Source: Candidatus Altimarinota bacterium
Lineage (GTDB): Bacteria > Patescibacteriota > Gracilibacteria > UBA1369
DNA: 64,000 nucleotides
Reading direction: 5' to 3'
Assembly (NCBI GenBank): GCA_041752875.1
Contig: JBGSVP010000001.1
Span: 62,872-126,871, forward strand
This document shows positions 10,208-20,000 of this stretch, piece after piece. How positions within the stretch are numbered: position 1 is the first letter of the stretch; every line of letters starts with the position of its first letter. Position numbers and translations under genes: made by a program. The notes beneath the pieces were generated by a model. It searched no databases and had not been told where the DNA came from. It worked only from the letters and a program-made list of their open reading frames with translations.

Positions 10208-10690
10208 ATGGCGACAAAAAACAAAAAAACGACAATGTCCGATAGGGCCCAAACAAGAGTTAAAAAAGAAAACCGATGGCAGATATTTGAAGCGGAGGCA
10301 AAGTTTATTAGCGGGGATATGGCCAAATGCCTAAAGACCCTTGCGGACGCAATATTCCCTAACAACGAATATAACAGCCAGATATATCAGGAAGCCATAG
10401 CCGGTTCACTAATAGAGACCATAAGTCCGGATTTGGGAATCTACGATTTCTGGAAAGCTTTAAAAAAAGACGATTGCGAAACGGTTAAGATTGAAAACGG
10501 TCATATGAATTTCTATACAAAAAAATCCACAAAAATCGACATAACAAAATATACCCAGCCGATAATCTTCCCTGCGACATCTTCTTTGGATGAACAAAGA
10601 AAAATGGAACGAACAAAAAAGATAGCGGAGGCAAAAAAACAATTGGAAGAACTGATAAAAGAAATCAAAAACAAAAAAATAACAAAATAA
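10208..10690 (+). CDS. hypothetical 160-aa protein, second stand-alone paralogue of the giant-protein N-terminal module
   Basis: Shares AKF...L, QIYQEAI and FWKALKKDDCETVKIENGHMNFY with residues about 60-140 of the 2,022-aa protein. Only a 10-nt gap separates it from the next gene. Confidence 0.7.
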   Translation: MATKNKKTTMSDRAQTRVKKENRWQIFEAEAKFISGDMAKCLKTLADAIFPNNEYNSQIYQEAIAGSLIETISPDLGIYDFWKALKKDDCETVKIENGHMNFYTKKSTKIDITKYTQPIIFPATSSLDEQRKMERTKKIAEAKKQLEELIKEIKNKKITK

Positions 10691-10700
10691 CAAAAAAAAT

Positions 10701-13700
10701 ATGTACTCTCCCAAAAGCAATATAAAAAAAGAATGGGACAACATTACCGTCCAAGGCACTATCTTCCACAATGGAAGAATCATCATGAATACACCTGAAA
10801 AACAACCCTGTGTCGAAAGCCAAGAGACCGGATCGGAAAAAGGGAAAGTAATGGATTTGATGACATTAAAAAGCAGCGCCAAATTCGAAAAAGACGCGGA
10901 AAAGACACTTGATAAACTATCCAAAGGCAATGAGACCAATAAAAATCAAATCAGGGAAGCCATTCAGGAAAATCTGTATAACCAGGACTATAAGGAATAC
11001 CAATCAAAAAACAGAAAAGAAACAAGCAGCCTGAACGAACTATTTGAAGATTTTTGGAAAGAGCTGGAAAAAAACGGATGCAATACGGTAAAAATCGAAG
11101 AAGGAAGGATCAAATTTCTGAAAGACAATGTAGATGTAGCTCCAAAGCAGAACCGCGTCGCAATCAAAGTGGATTTAAGCCGCTTCATTACGGATGCGCC
11201 TGAAAGCACCATTTACAACAGCGAAACCGGAGTCATCTCCTTTAAAGACAGCAAAGAAGAGAAAGAAAAAAGGATAGACGACATAATCGTCAATCCCGTA
11301 GAAGGAACCCGAATAAAGATATCGAAAAACACAAAAGACGCAGCTGCCGGCAAATTCAGGATTGCGATGTTTACCGAAGGAGAAGATGGCTTTACCGCGT
11401 ATTATTGCGACAAAGAAGGAAAACCGATCATCAACGAAAGAGTAAAGATATATAAGGATAATGTCGTAAAACTGGAATCACAACCGACAAAGAAAGAAAA
11501 ACAGACCGGCTCGGATATATATATAAACGGAGAGCCGTACACTCGCATAGGAAGCGTAAAGAAGAGTCAAAACTTCACTTACGAACAGATAGCGAAAGAA
11601 ATCCTTTCGAATCCAAACCAATCGCTAATCTCTTCCGGTGTAGCAAAAATGGTCAAAGATAGCGCAATAACCCTAGACGAATACGCCGAACTTTTGAGCG
11701 AAGCCCATATAGCCGCTGGAAACGGCGATTTGATGCTGATAGTCATGCCGCATGAAAACAGAGCCAGGAAGACGGCAACAAAAAAAGCCGCAGACACTAA
11801 GAAAGAAACCGAACAGACAGAAGCGATTGACCGAGGACAAAGACAAGATGCCGAAAAAGCACTTACCGCAAGATATGACCGCACATTAGGTATGATACGA
11901 GCTCAAAAAAGAGGTGAATCCTTCGAGGATGAAGGAGTCGAAAGAAAAATAGACAGAACAATGGAAAAACTTATCGCCAACAAAGATGCCTGGGACAAGG
12001 CATGGAAAGAAGACGAAATTCAGGGACTCGAAGAAATCAGGAACATCGTCAAGATGTACCCCAAACTGTTCGGCAAAATAAGCCAGAACCCAGATTTGTT
12101 GAGAGACAAAATCTACGACGCTGTGAAAGAAGGAAAAAAAGACAACATATATCCCCAGGATATAATCAAAAAATTGGATATAAAACTACCTAATGGAAAA
12201 GACTACGGAGAACTGCTTGCCCAATCGACAATCTACCCGAATGGCAATGCGGAACAGGAAAAACTGCTTAAAGAAGCAACAGACATAACCATACCTATCG
12301 AACAACTGACCGACGCCATCGGTGCATTAAGTTACGGGACAAAACCCCGCACGGAAAAAGTCAGGACAGCAGAAACGGGCAAAGAACACGCACTGAAAGT
12401 TAAAGTCGATATGGCCAGATTCGGAAACGAATTCACAAGCATATCCAAACTGGAATCGCTTTCCGGGGCAGAGGAAGTCCCGGGAATCCCGATAGATCAC
12501 CTGGAAACGAAAGGCAACGACTATATACCAAGAATGAGACAGATGGCTACTGCTCTTGGAATTCCGGCAAGCCAATTCAAGATACCTCAAGATGAAGGCA
12601 AGAATCTTATAAAAAACGATGCAGTAAGAGCAAATATCATATATAAAGGACAAAGATTGAGCATCAAATTGGATAGAAGCTCGGGATGGGCACGAACCTA
12701 CATCGCCGCCGGCTTCGACAATAAGAACTTCGGAGACGATTATATATCATCCGACTGGAGCAATCCCACATCGGAAAATTTCACACGAAAATTCGACGAC
12801 AAGCTTAAAGGACTGAAATCAGAACTTAGCAACATGCGCGCTACCCCGGACGAAAGAGGAATCATCCCTAACGCAGGAGCTTTAGATGAGTTCAACGCAA
12901 ACTATCTGGAATCGAAAAATTACGACAAGATGTATGCCCTTTCACGCGACCAATTAACAGAACTTGTCTTTACTTTATATACCTTCGAACAGCTGGTAAA
13001 AGAAAATTGCATTGCCCAAGTGGAAGGTGAACCGAACCGGTTCGTCCTAATAAGGTTACCGGCAAAAATGAAGCAGAAACCTCTTCCTGAAGAAATCAAA
13101 CAGGCTGCCATCGCGGTCAAATTAAGAGAGTCCGCCGGAAAAGAGAAAGTCAAAAAAGCCCAGGAAACACTAAATCCAAATCTGTCATATCTAAGAAGAC
13201 TAAAGAAACTGTTCCCCGGAATCGCCCGTTTCGACGACAAAGGGAACAAAATAAACATGGCTGAAATGAGAGCAAAAGCAGACAAAGGAGGACAAAAAAG
13301 CGCCGAGGCGGACGATATCTTCTTCAAAAACTACGATGGAAACGCCGCGATGGTCATCTTCCTTGACCAGGTACTCGACAAAAAAGCCGACGGAAACGAA
13401 TCGATAGATGTAGCCAAAGCAAATAGCTTACTTACCGAATATTACAGAAAAGGAGCAGAAAAGATAAGAAACATGCCTGAACCTGTCACTGAAAGATACA
13501 AAGCTACACAGAAAGAGCTCAAAAATGACTTCAGACAAGATTTAAGAAATAGACCTATCGACATCAACAAAGACCTTGCCGAATGGGACATACACATCAT
13601 ACAAGTCGGATTCGTTGAAGATGAAGCCGCAAAAGAAGTAAAACAAGACGAAAAGCTCAACGAAATGATAGAAAAGATGGCAAAAGAAGTAGGCAACAAT

Positions 13701-16700
13701 CCTGAACTTTTACGCAAGCTGCAAGCGATGTACAGCAGGATCACCGGACCGAAACTGGAAAAAGCGCTAAAACAGTTACCGATAGGTATATTATTAAGTT
13801 ATCAGCGCACAGCCGAAAAGAACAATATTGTAGGACTACATACTCCGATTATGCTTCCATTTCCAGATGAAAACATTAATCTGGTATTAATCCCCGGCAT
13901 AAGCACCGATGACCGCGCAAGTATCGCCATCGGAATTTCCGACAGAGCTAAGGCTACCGACAGGATAACACTAGTGGGTGGATTTAGCATGGGAGTGAGT
14001 GGAGGAAAAGGAGGACTGGGAACTCCCCTCGCCCTAAGCGGAGGAATCGAAACACGCATCTACACCGCAGACAAAGACGGTAACTACAACCACTTCCTGG
14101 GCATCCGGGCGGGCGCGGGAGTCGACCTTTCAAAGGGTACATTGGGCATAAACTTCGGTCCATACCACAAATGGGACGTGGATGCTCAGAAAAAATACGA
14201 CAACGGACTGAACGAAAAGATGCAGGAAAAAGGAATCAAAGAGTTCAAAGACCGGCTCGAAAAAATATATGAGAAAGGAGTAAACAAGAAGGAAATGGAC
14301 CAGCTGGCAAACGACATCAAAGCTTCCCCTATCGCAACTGAACTCAAACTGGAACCCAATGCCACAACCGAACAGACAATAGCCTCATTCAAAAATTATG
14401 TAGCCTTGTTTATAGGCAAATTCACAAAAGATTTCTCCCTTGGATTAATCAGCGGAGGAGAAATAGGATTATCAATAAGCGAAGGACTATTGATAGTAAG
14501 CGGGGCCGTAACCGGAAACGTCCCCGTAGTAATCGGAACAACAAGCAAATGGGCGATAGGACTATTAGCCTCGCTAAAAATCAATATCGATTCCCGAATC
14601 ACGATGGGCACGACACAAACTACTTCCGACGAAAAGATGAGCGCGCACGCAGAATCTAAAATTCTGGACTACTTCAACGAAGAGTTCAATAAAGACTTCG
14701 ACAGAAGCACTGCAGAAAAAGGATTGGAAATATCCGGGAAAAACAAGAATAAAGAATCAGGCAAAATCAGGACAACAGAATCGGTCAACGGTAAACTTAC
14801 GGAACTGGATGCCGGAACCAACATAGAAAAATACAACGAAGGACTTAAAGAAATAGGATTAAAACTCACTGTGACTCCATCAAAACTGGTGGAAATCGAA
14901 TTTCTGAAATCGATGACGGACGGCAACATCAAAGTCATCATAGGCCCAGAAGTGGCGGTGTTACAAGACGGGCGTCTATTCATGAAAGACCCGAACAGTC
15001 TGCGCAATCTGTATTTCAGCAGACAAAACAAGCCTTATCCGTTCGAAGACAGACACGGAGCATACAAAGACTCGGTAATATTACTTTCCACCAACAAATT
15101 CCTTACCGAAAACGGACAATTCCGATTACCACAAGATATAGTTCTAATGAAAAACAAAGGAGAATCTGAATACTCTATAATTAAAGAAGGGAAAAAAGAA
15201 AAACCGCAAGCCGTAATCGAAAGCAAAATCCCGAAAATGACAACGGCGGGAATCAGAAACGCGAATGACGCGTCTGACAGAGCTCTTTATGGAGGAGAAG
15301 AAAGCAAAGAAGAAGTCCGTGAAAACATCAAAGAACTGGCGGCAAAACTTTACCGTTTCAAAAACAGCAGAGGTGAAACATTCCTTTCCATAACCAACCA
15401 GGATGGGAAAGATGTAAAAGACCGCCCCTCATATACAAAAGAAGACCTGTTCAAATTCTTCGATGAATTTACACAGAAAGAAGGAATCAATAACCTTAAC
15501 GGTACAGAAAAAGAACAGCTGATGGTCGAATGCTCCACGCTCCGCTACACCGAACTTAAAGGAATGGGCCGCGGCCCCGAAGCACTCAAGAAAAGACTGG
15601 AATGGGCACGCGATTTCGTACTCAAACCGTTCTTCGAAAAAAGAATCGAAGACCTGGGCAAACAAGGAATAAAGATAGCCAATTCAGCAGACAGACTTGC
15701 TCAAAAGGCCATCGACGACATTTCAGGTATCAGCATCAACCAGAATCCGTCCAAACTCGAACTCGGAACATCGACGGCAGTGGCCATCGGCCGATACGGA
15801 AAAGGCAAAGAAGGCGGATTGAACCAACTTCTGAACGGAGGAACGGACAATAATCCGTACGGCTACATAATAGGAAAAGACTACACCGAAGCTCTTAACA
15901 CGAAACAACCGGCAGAAGACTACGAATTGGCTCTTTTGCTAAAAGAACAAGTCGCACCTTTAGGCAGACTGGATACATCAAGAGAAATGGCTCCGAAAGA
16001 CATAGAAGCATTCATGGAAAACCCTTTCACCCGAAAAGTGGCATCCTTACACCACCTTATATTTATCCTTGGAGAAAAGAAATACAAAGGATTGACCGAT
16101 TACTACAGCAAAGGAGAGACAAAGAATAACCAGGAAGCTATCAAAGCCTTTGCCGACCTGGTTAAATGGATCAGAGCCGAAACAGACGCCGGCCACGAAA
16201 GCGCAATCCATGAAGACAAAGAAACCGGACTAAAATACCTGTTCACATTCCGCCACAAGATTCAGACCGGAGTATTCAACAAATGCGGAAACTTCGCTAT
16301 CACAAACAACGACGAGATAGGAGTAAAGCTTATTCAGCCGGAAGAAGGCGGCCCGTCGATCTACAGCGCAAAGGGCGAAGCCATGACATCGGTAACGACG
16401 AAACTCTACAAAGAATTCCTCGCTTTATGGGGAGGAGTATCGGCGAGCATCGCTATACCGGAAAAGGTAAAAGTAAAAGAAACCCCACCGGAAAAAAAGG
16501 GTGAAGGAGAACCACCGAAGGAGGAAACACCACCGCCTAAAACAGATGAACCGAAACTGGGATTACCAGGGAGTGGAGATAGGATTAAAGCAGCAGAACC
16601 GAAACTGGGATTACCGGGGAGTGGAGATAGGATTAAAGCAGCAGAACCAACTCCCGGACAAGGAGGAGAAGTAGTAGTCGGCCCGGGAAGCGAAAAACCC

Positions 16701-16769
16701 GATTCCGGATCATCGACCCCCGCACCTGCTGAACCACCAAAAGATGGAGAACAAGCTGCCGATCAATGA
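10701..16769 (+). CDS. giant (2,022 aa) highly charged protein of unknown family, with central Gly-rich hydrophobic segments and a Pro-rich repeat tail
   Basis: Uninterrupted 6-kb ORF. No signal peptide and no repeat family I recognise (no YD, RTX or HEAT-like periodicity seen). The start is ambiguous: in-frame ATGs at 10785 and 10851 are also possible. Confidence 0.85.
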   Translation: MYSPKSNIKKEWDNITVQGTIFHNGRIIMNTPEKQPCVESQETGSEKGKVMDLMTLKSSAKFEKDAEKTLDKLSKGNETNKNQIREAIQENLYNQDYKEYQSKNRKETSSLNELFEDFWKELEKNGCNTVKIEEGRIKFLKDNVDVAPKQNRVAIKVDLSRFITDAPESTIYNSETGVISFKDSKEEKEKRIDDIIVNPVEGTRIKISKNTKDAAAGKFRIAMFTEGEDGFTAYYCDKEGKPIINERVKIYKDNVVKLESQPTKKEKQTGSDIYINGEPYTRIGSVKKSQNFTYEQIAKEILSNPNQSLISSGVAKMVKDSAITLDEYAELLSEAHIAAGNGDLMLIVMPHENRARKTATKKAADTKKETEQTEAIDRGQRQDAEKALTARYDRTLGMIRAQKRGESFEDEGVERKIDRTMEKLIANKDAWDKAWKEDEIQGLEEIRNIVKMYPKLFGKISQNPDLLRDKIYDAVKEGKKDNIYPQDIIKKLDIKLPNGKDYGELLAQSTIYPNGNAEQEKLLKEATDITIPIEQLTDAIGALSYGTKPRTEKVRTAETGKEHALKVKVDMARFGNEFTSISKLESLSGAEEVPGIPIDHLETKGNDYIPRMRQMATALGIPASQFKIPQDEGKNLIKNDAVRANIIYKGQRLSIKLDRSSGWARTYIAAGFDNKNFGDDYISSDWSNPTSENFTRKFDDKLKGLKSELSNMRATPDERGIIPNAGALDEFNANYLESKNYDKMYALSRDQLTELVFTLYTFEQLVKENCIAQVEGEPNRFVLIRLPAKMKQKPLPEEIKQAAIAVKLRESAGKEKVKKAQETLNPNLSYLRRLKKLFPGIARFDDKGNKINMAEMRAKADKGGQKSAEADDIFFKNYDGNAAMVIFLDQVLDKKADGNESIDVAKANSLLTEYYRKGAEKIRNMPEPVTERYKATQKELKNDFRQDLRNRPIDINKDLAEWDIHIIQVGFVEDEAAKEVKQDEKLNEMIEKMAKEVGNNPELLRKLQAMYSRITGPKLEKALKQLPIGILLSYQRTAEKNNIVGLHTPIMLPFPDENINLVLIPGISTDDRASIAIGISDRAKATDRITLVGGFSMGVSGGKGGLGTPLALSGGIETRIYTADKDGNYNHFLGIRAGAGVDLSKGTLGINFGPYHKWDVDAQKKYDNGLNEKMQEKGIKEFKDRLEKIYEKGVNKKEMDQLANDIKASPIATELKLEPNATTEQTIASFKNYVALFIGKFTKDFSLGLISGGEIGLSISEGLLIVSGAVTGNVPVVIGTTSKWAIGLLASLKINIDSRITMGTTQTTSDEKMSAHAESKILDYFNEEFNKDFDRSTAEKGLEISGKNKNKESGKIRTTESVNGKLTELDAGTNIEKYNEGLKEIGLKLTVTPSKLVEIEFLKSMTDGNIKVIIGPEVAVLQDGRLFMKDPNSLRNLYFSRQNKPYPFEDRHGAYKDSVILLSTNKFLTENGQFRLPQDIVLMKNKGESEYSIIKEGKKEKPQAVIESKIPKMTTAGIRNANDASDRALYGGEESKEEVRENIKELAAKLYRFKNSRGETFLSITNQDGKDVKDRPSYTKEDLFKFFDEFTQKEGINNLNGTEKEQLMVECSTLRYTELKGMGRGPEALKKRLEWARDFVLKPFFEKRIEDLGKQGIKIANSADRLAQKAIDDISGISINQNPSKLELGTSTAVAIGRYGKGKEGGLNQLLNGGTDNNPYGYIIGKDYTEALNTKQPAEDYELALLLKEQVAPLGRLDTSREMAPKDIEAFMENPFTRKVASLHHLIFILGEKKYKGLTDYYSKGETKNNQEAIKAFADLVKWIRAETDAGHESAIHEDKETGLKYLFTFRHKIQTGVFNKCGNFAITNNDEIGVKLIQPEEGGPSIYSAKGEAMTSVTTKLYKEFLALWGGVSASIAIPEKVKVKETPPEKKGEGEPPKEETPPPKTDEPKLGLPGSGDRIKAAEPKLGLPGSGDRIKAAEPTPGQGGEVVVGPGSEKPDSGSSTPAPAEPPKDGEQAADQ
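16548..16643 (+). repeat. perfectly in-frame 48-nt tandem duplication (2 units plus a 5-nt partial third) encoding EPKLGLPGSGDRIKAA
   Basis: Units at 16548-16595 and 16596-16643 differ at a single synonymous position (cca versus ccg). The next bases (gaacc) begin a third unit. Confidence 0.9.
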
Positions 16770-16804
16770 TTTTGAAATCATAATTAATTTTTGAATTAAT
16801 CAAA

Positions 16805-17023
16805 ATGCATAAACATAAAATTAAAACCCATAAAAAATATAATCTATATCTAATAATAGCGATAATCATCGCAAGTTTCTTGTTTGCACTATGGATAATA
16901 AAGTTCGATACCAATAAACAGACAAATAACATTCAAGCTGGAAGCATAAACCCAAATCCAGGAAATCCGACGAGCACCCCCGCTGTTGAAATACCTAAAC
17001 AAGGAGAACAAATACCTGACTAA
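16805..17023 (+). CDS. small (72 aa) single-pass membrane protein
   Basis: Basic N-terminus MHKHKIKTHKK, one hydrophobic helix LYLIIAIIIASFLFALWII, then a polar Pro/Asn-rich tail. Positioned between the two giant genes on the same strand. Confidence 0.5.
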   Translation: MHKHKIKTHKKYNLYLIIAIIIASFLFALWIIKFDTNKQTNNIQAGSINPNPGNPTSTPAVEIPKQGEQIPD

Positions 17024-17099
17024 ACAACATCAGTTAAAAACTCGTATATCCCATTATTGCCGACTATAAAAATCAATTGAAATATAATAAAAAACAAAA

Positions 17100-20000
17100 A
17101 TGAAAATACAAAAACATAAAAATCTAGTACTAAAAATACTATTTACGGCAATATCGCTAACGTTTTTCGTAAACACAGCAAATGCGGCCAAGCTAAATAT
17201 CACACGTCAACTATGTGATCTGGCTGTTTTTCCATGGAATATTACAGTAAGTGCCAATTACGATGAAGCGCTAAGACCATGGATTAACAAAGTCAGTGAA
17301 AGCGTATGTAAAAATCATTTAACTATACCTACTTCCTCTCCATACACGGCGCAACCATACACTCCTAATTCAAACAACTATTCAAGCATAACCGACACTT
17401 CAGATATTCCTTTAATAACAGGTGCAGAAGAAAAACACGGGCCAAAAGCAGAACATACACATGATTACTTCAATGACTCACTACAGGATGATTTTTACTA
17501 CGAATCTATGGTAGCAAAATTTGCCATAGATTTCGCCCCTGATACTAAAGTGAATATCAATAAAATCGAATGCGTAACTACATATCCTAAAAACCTGGAA
17601 AACAAATACACAATTGATCAAATAAATTCAATACTTAGTCCTTTACTTGACTGCGATGGAGAAATACAAAATGAAGATTTCTACGGTGGCATACGAGTAG
17701 AAAAAAACGAAAAAGGAGTAATATGGACATTCGGAACCCAAAAAGGATACAAATATCAACCGACAATATTGGGAAAGAACCCTGATTTAGATTCTGTAAT
17801 AAGAGAAAACATCGAAAAAAACAATCCTAAAAATAAAAACATTTCACCTTCCGATCCTAACTATCAAAAATCTAATTTCAACTCCTCGGACGAAAACTTC
17901 AGAAAATTCGGACAGAAAGTACAGCTTACCACATTCGACAACAACAATCATCCAACCAACGCTTGGAGCGCAACAACTACATCAAGAATACTGATCCGTA
18001 ATTTTGCTATAGGGAAAACCTACGCCGCTCAAAACAATAACAAATTTGGGAGCCTCAATTCCCAAGGCAAATGCGATTTTAACACAGGATGGTGCGCCCT
18101 ATTACCTTCACCTTCTGAATTTAAAGAAATAGAAAAAATAGAAGGAAAATATAATTATTTCTGGTTCCCGATTGGCACAACCTCAACCGTCTGGAAAAAA
18201 ACTCCACCCCCTCCCACTCCCCCCACCTGCTCCTCCCTCTCCCTCAACCTCACCCAAAATGGAAAAACGGTAAATACAAAGGCCGTACAACCAAATATCC
18301 CAGTCAATATATCCGTCTCCCCAAGTTTCATTCCGGCCGAAAAGTCGGTCGCACTCAACTACAAATGGTCTGCCGGAAGCGGGACCTTTGACAACGGCAA
18401 TCCTTCCAACGGGAATTACCAGACAAGCTCCTCGACAGCAACTTATGACGGAGGCTCTGACGTAGAGGTGAGAGTACAGGCATATTACGCAGATACCAAT
18501 AAAATAGCCGAACCTTGCAATGCCAAATTCAACATTCCAAAACAAACCACATCCCTAAAGTGTAATGACCTCAAAATATTGGACCAAAACAATGCGCCAA
18601 TGCCGAACATCATAGATCTGAATTCGCCTAATCCTCCCACCCGGCTCAACATGCACCTTAATGTAGATAAAGACGATAAATTAACCAATTTGAGCTATCA
18701 GTATACGTCCGAACCTTCCACAGGCACATTCACCGCGGGCGGTACGCCATCAACTTCGATTACAGCAACAAGTCCGGACCAGAATGTCATCTACACTATC
18801 CCCGCCTCACCGACTTCAGACATTACACTCATCGTAAAAGCAGTCGGAGGAACACCTTCCGGCTCAAATCTGACAGATTGCGAAGAAAAGATAATCATCA
18901 AACACAAATCCACGCCTCCGCCTTACTGTACATCGTTCTCCGTCACAGCCGAGCCCAGTCCCATATATGAAGGATCAGCACTGACAATTCTGAAAGCAAG
19001 CGGTACTTATTCTGACGGAAAACCTGTTGACCGAATAAACTGGTCAACAACAAACGGAACATTAAGCATAGGAGGAATTTGCGCCACACAACCACCCATT
19101 TTTTCTCTATCCAATCTGCCCCAGGGATGTTCCGTAAACTTCAGCAACGGCACCGTTGGAACAATTATTTCAGCCTCTGCAAACCCACCGGCGACAAATT
19201 GCGAAAAATCCGTCACCGTTGTTAAAAAACCAAACAACAATCCCCCCAAATGTACAAGACTGGAACTCACCCCAAATAGAATCAACCTCAACGAACAAAC
19301 AAACTTCACGGCAAAAGCCCATTTCATCGATTCCAATGGGAATTCTGCTAATTACGATATCACTTTAGGCTGGACCGGAAGTCCGGGAACGTTAGAGAAA
19401 ACTTCAGAAACCAAGTCAAGCGCAGAACCTTTTCTCAACAAATTTTATTCCACATCACCTGCATCAGCTAAAGTAACAGCCAAAGTCCTAAGTGTCTCCT
19501 CTGTTAATAACCCGGACTTGAGCGCATGCTACCAAGAGGTAAAGGAAACCTATGGCGGTGGCGGCGGGGGCAACAGATGCAGTAACTTCGAACTAACCAG
19601 AAAAGGTAACCAGGTCTGCATAAGCGTCAACAACTATACGGGTGAATTTACATGGATTGTAAACAACGGACCACCTTATAAGACTTCATATAGCGATAAG
19701 TGCCAAATCATCGCCACCAATTTACCTGTCCGAGCCTATGCAACCGGCTCACCCAGTGATTGTAACGACTCACTCACCCCGCCCCCTCCCCCCTCCTCCG
19801 ACAAACCTACCCTCGAAAAATACGTCAAAGGAAACCGCGGCGGATTCAACTTTAACAAACCGTCAATAGTAACGGTCCAATCCAATTACCAGGATGGCTC
19901 TAACATCTTAACCTACCAGCTCAAATTCACACCCAAAGGGATTACCTCCGCCACCATCACCGACCCGATAGCAGGAGGCATAGATGGAGAAGTATTACCT

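Noticed and set aside
10460-10939. 159-aa minus-strand ORF spanning the junction of the second small paralogue and the giant gene.
   Set aside because: It is antisense to two plus-strand genes that are supported by paralogy. Its product is Phe/Leu/Ser-rich, as expected from reading Lys/Glu-rich coding sequence backwards.
10701-16769. Assigning the 2,022-aa protein to RHS/YD, RTX, tape-measure or polymorphic-toxin families.
   Set aside because: I found no YD or GGxGxD periodicity, no PAAR, LXG or WXG-like prefix that I recognise, and no obvious toxin or immunity pair downstream. Naming a family would be invention.
18201-18245. C-rich tract (ccacccc ctcccactcc ccccacc) and the G-rich tract at 19553-19570, considered as possible phase-variation switches in the 1,412-aa gene.
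   Set aside because: The longest uninterrupted homopolymer runs are only 5-6 nt, too short for efficient slipped-strand switching. They are explained by poly-Pro and poly-Gly linker codons.
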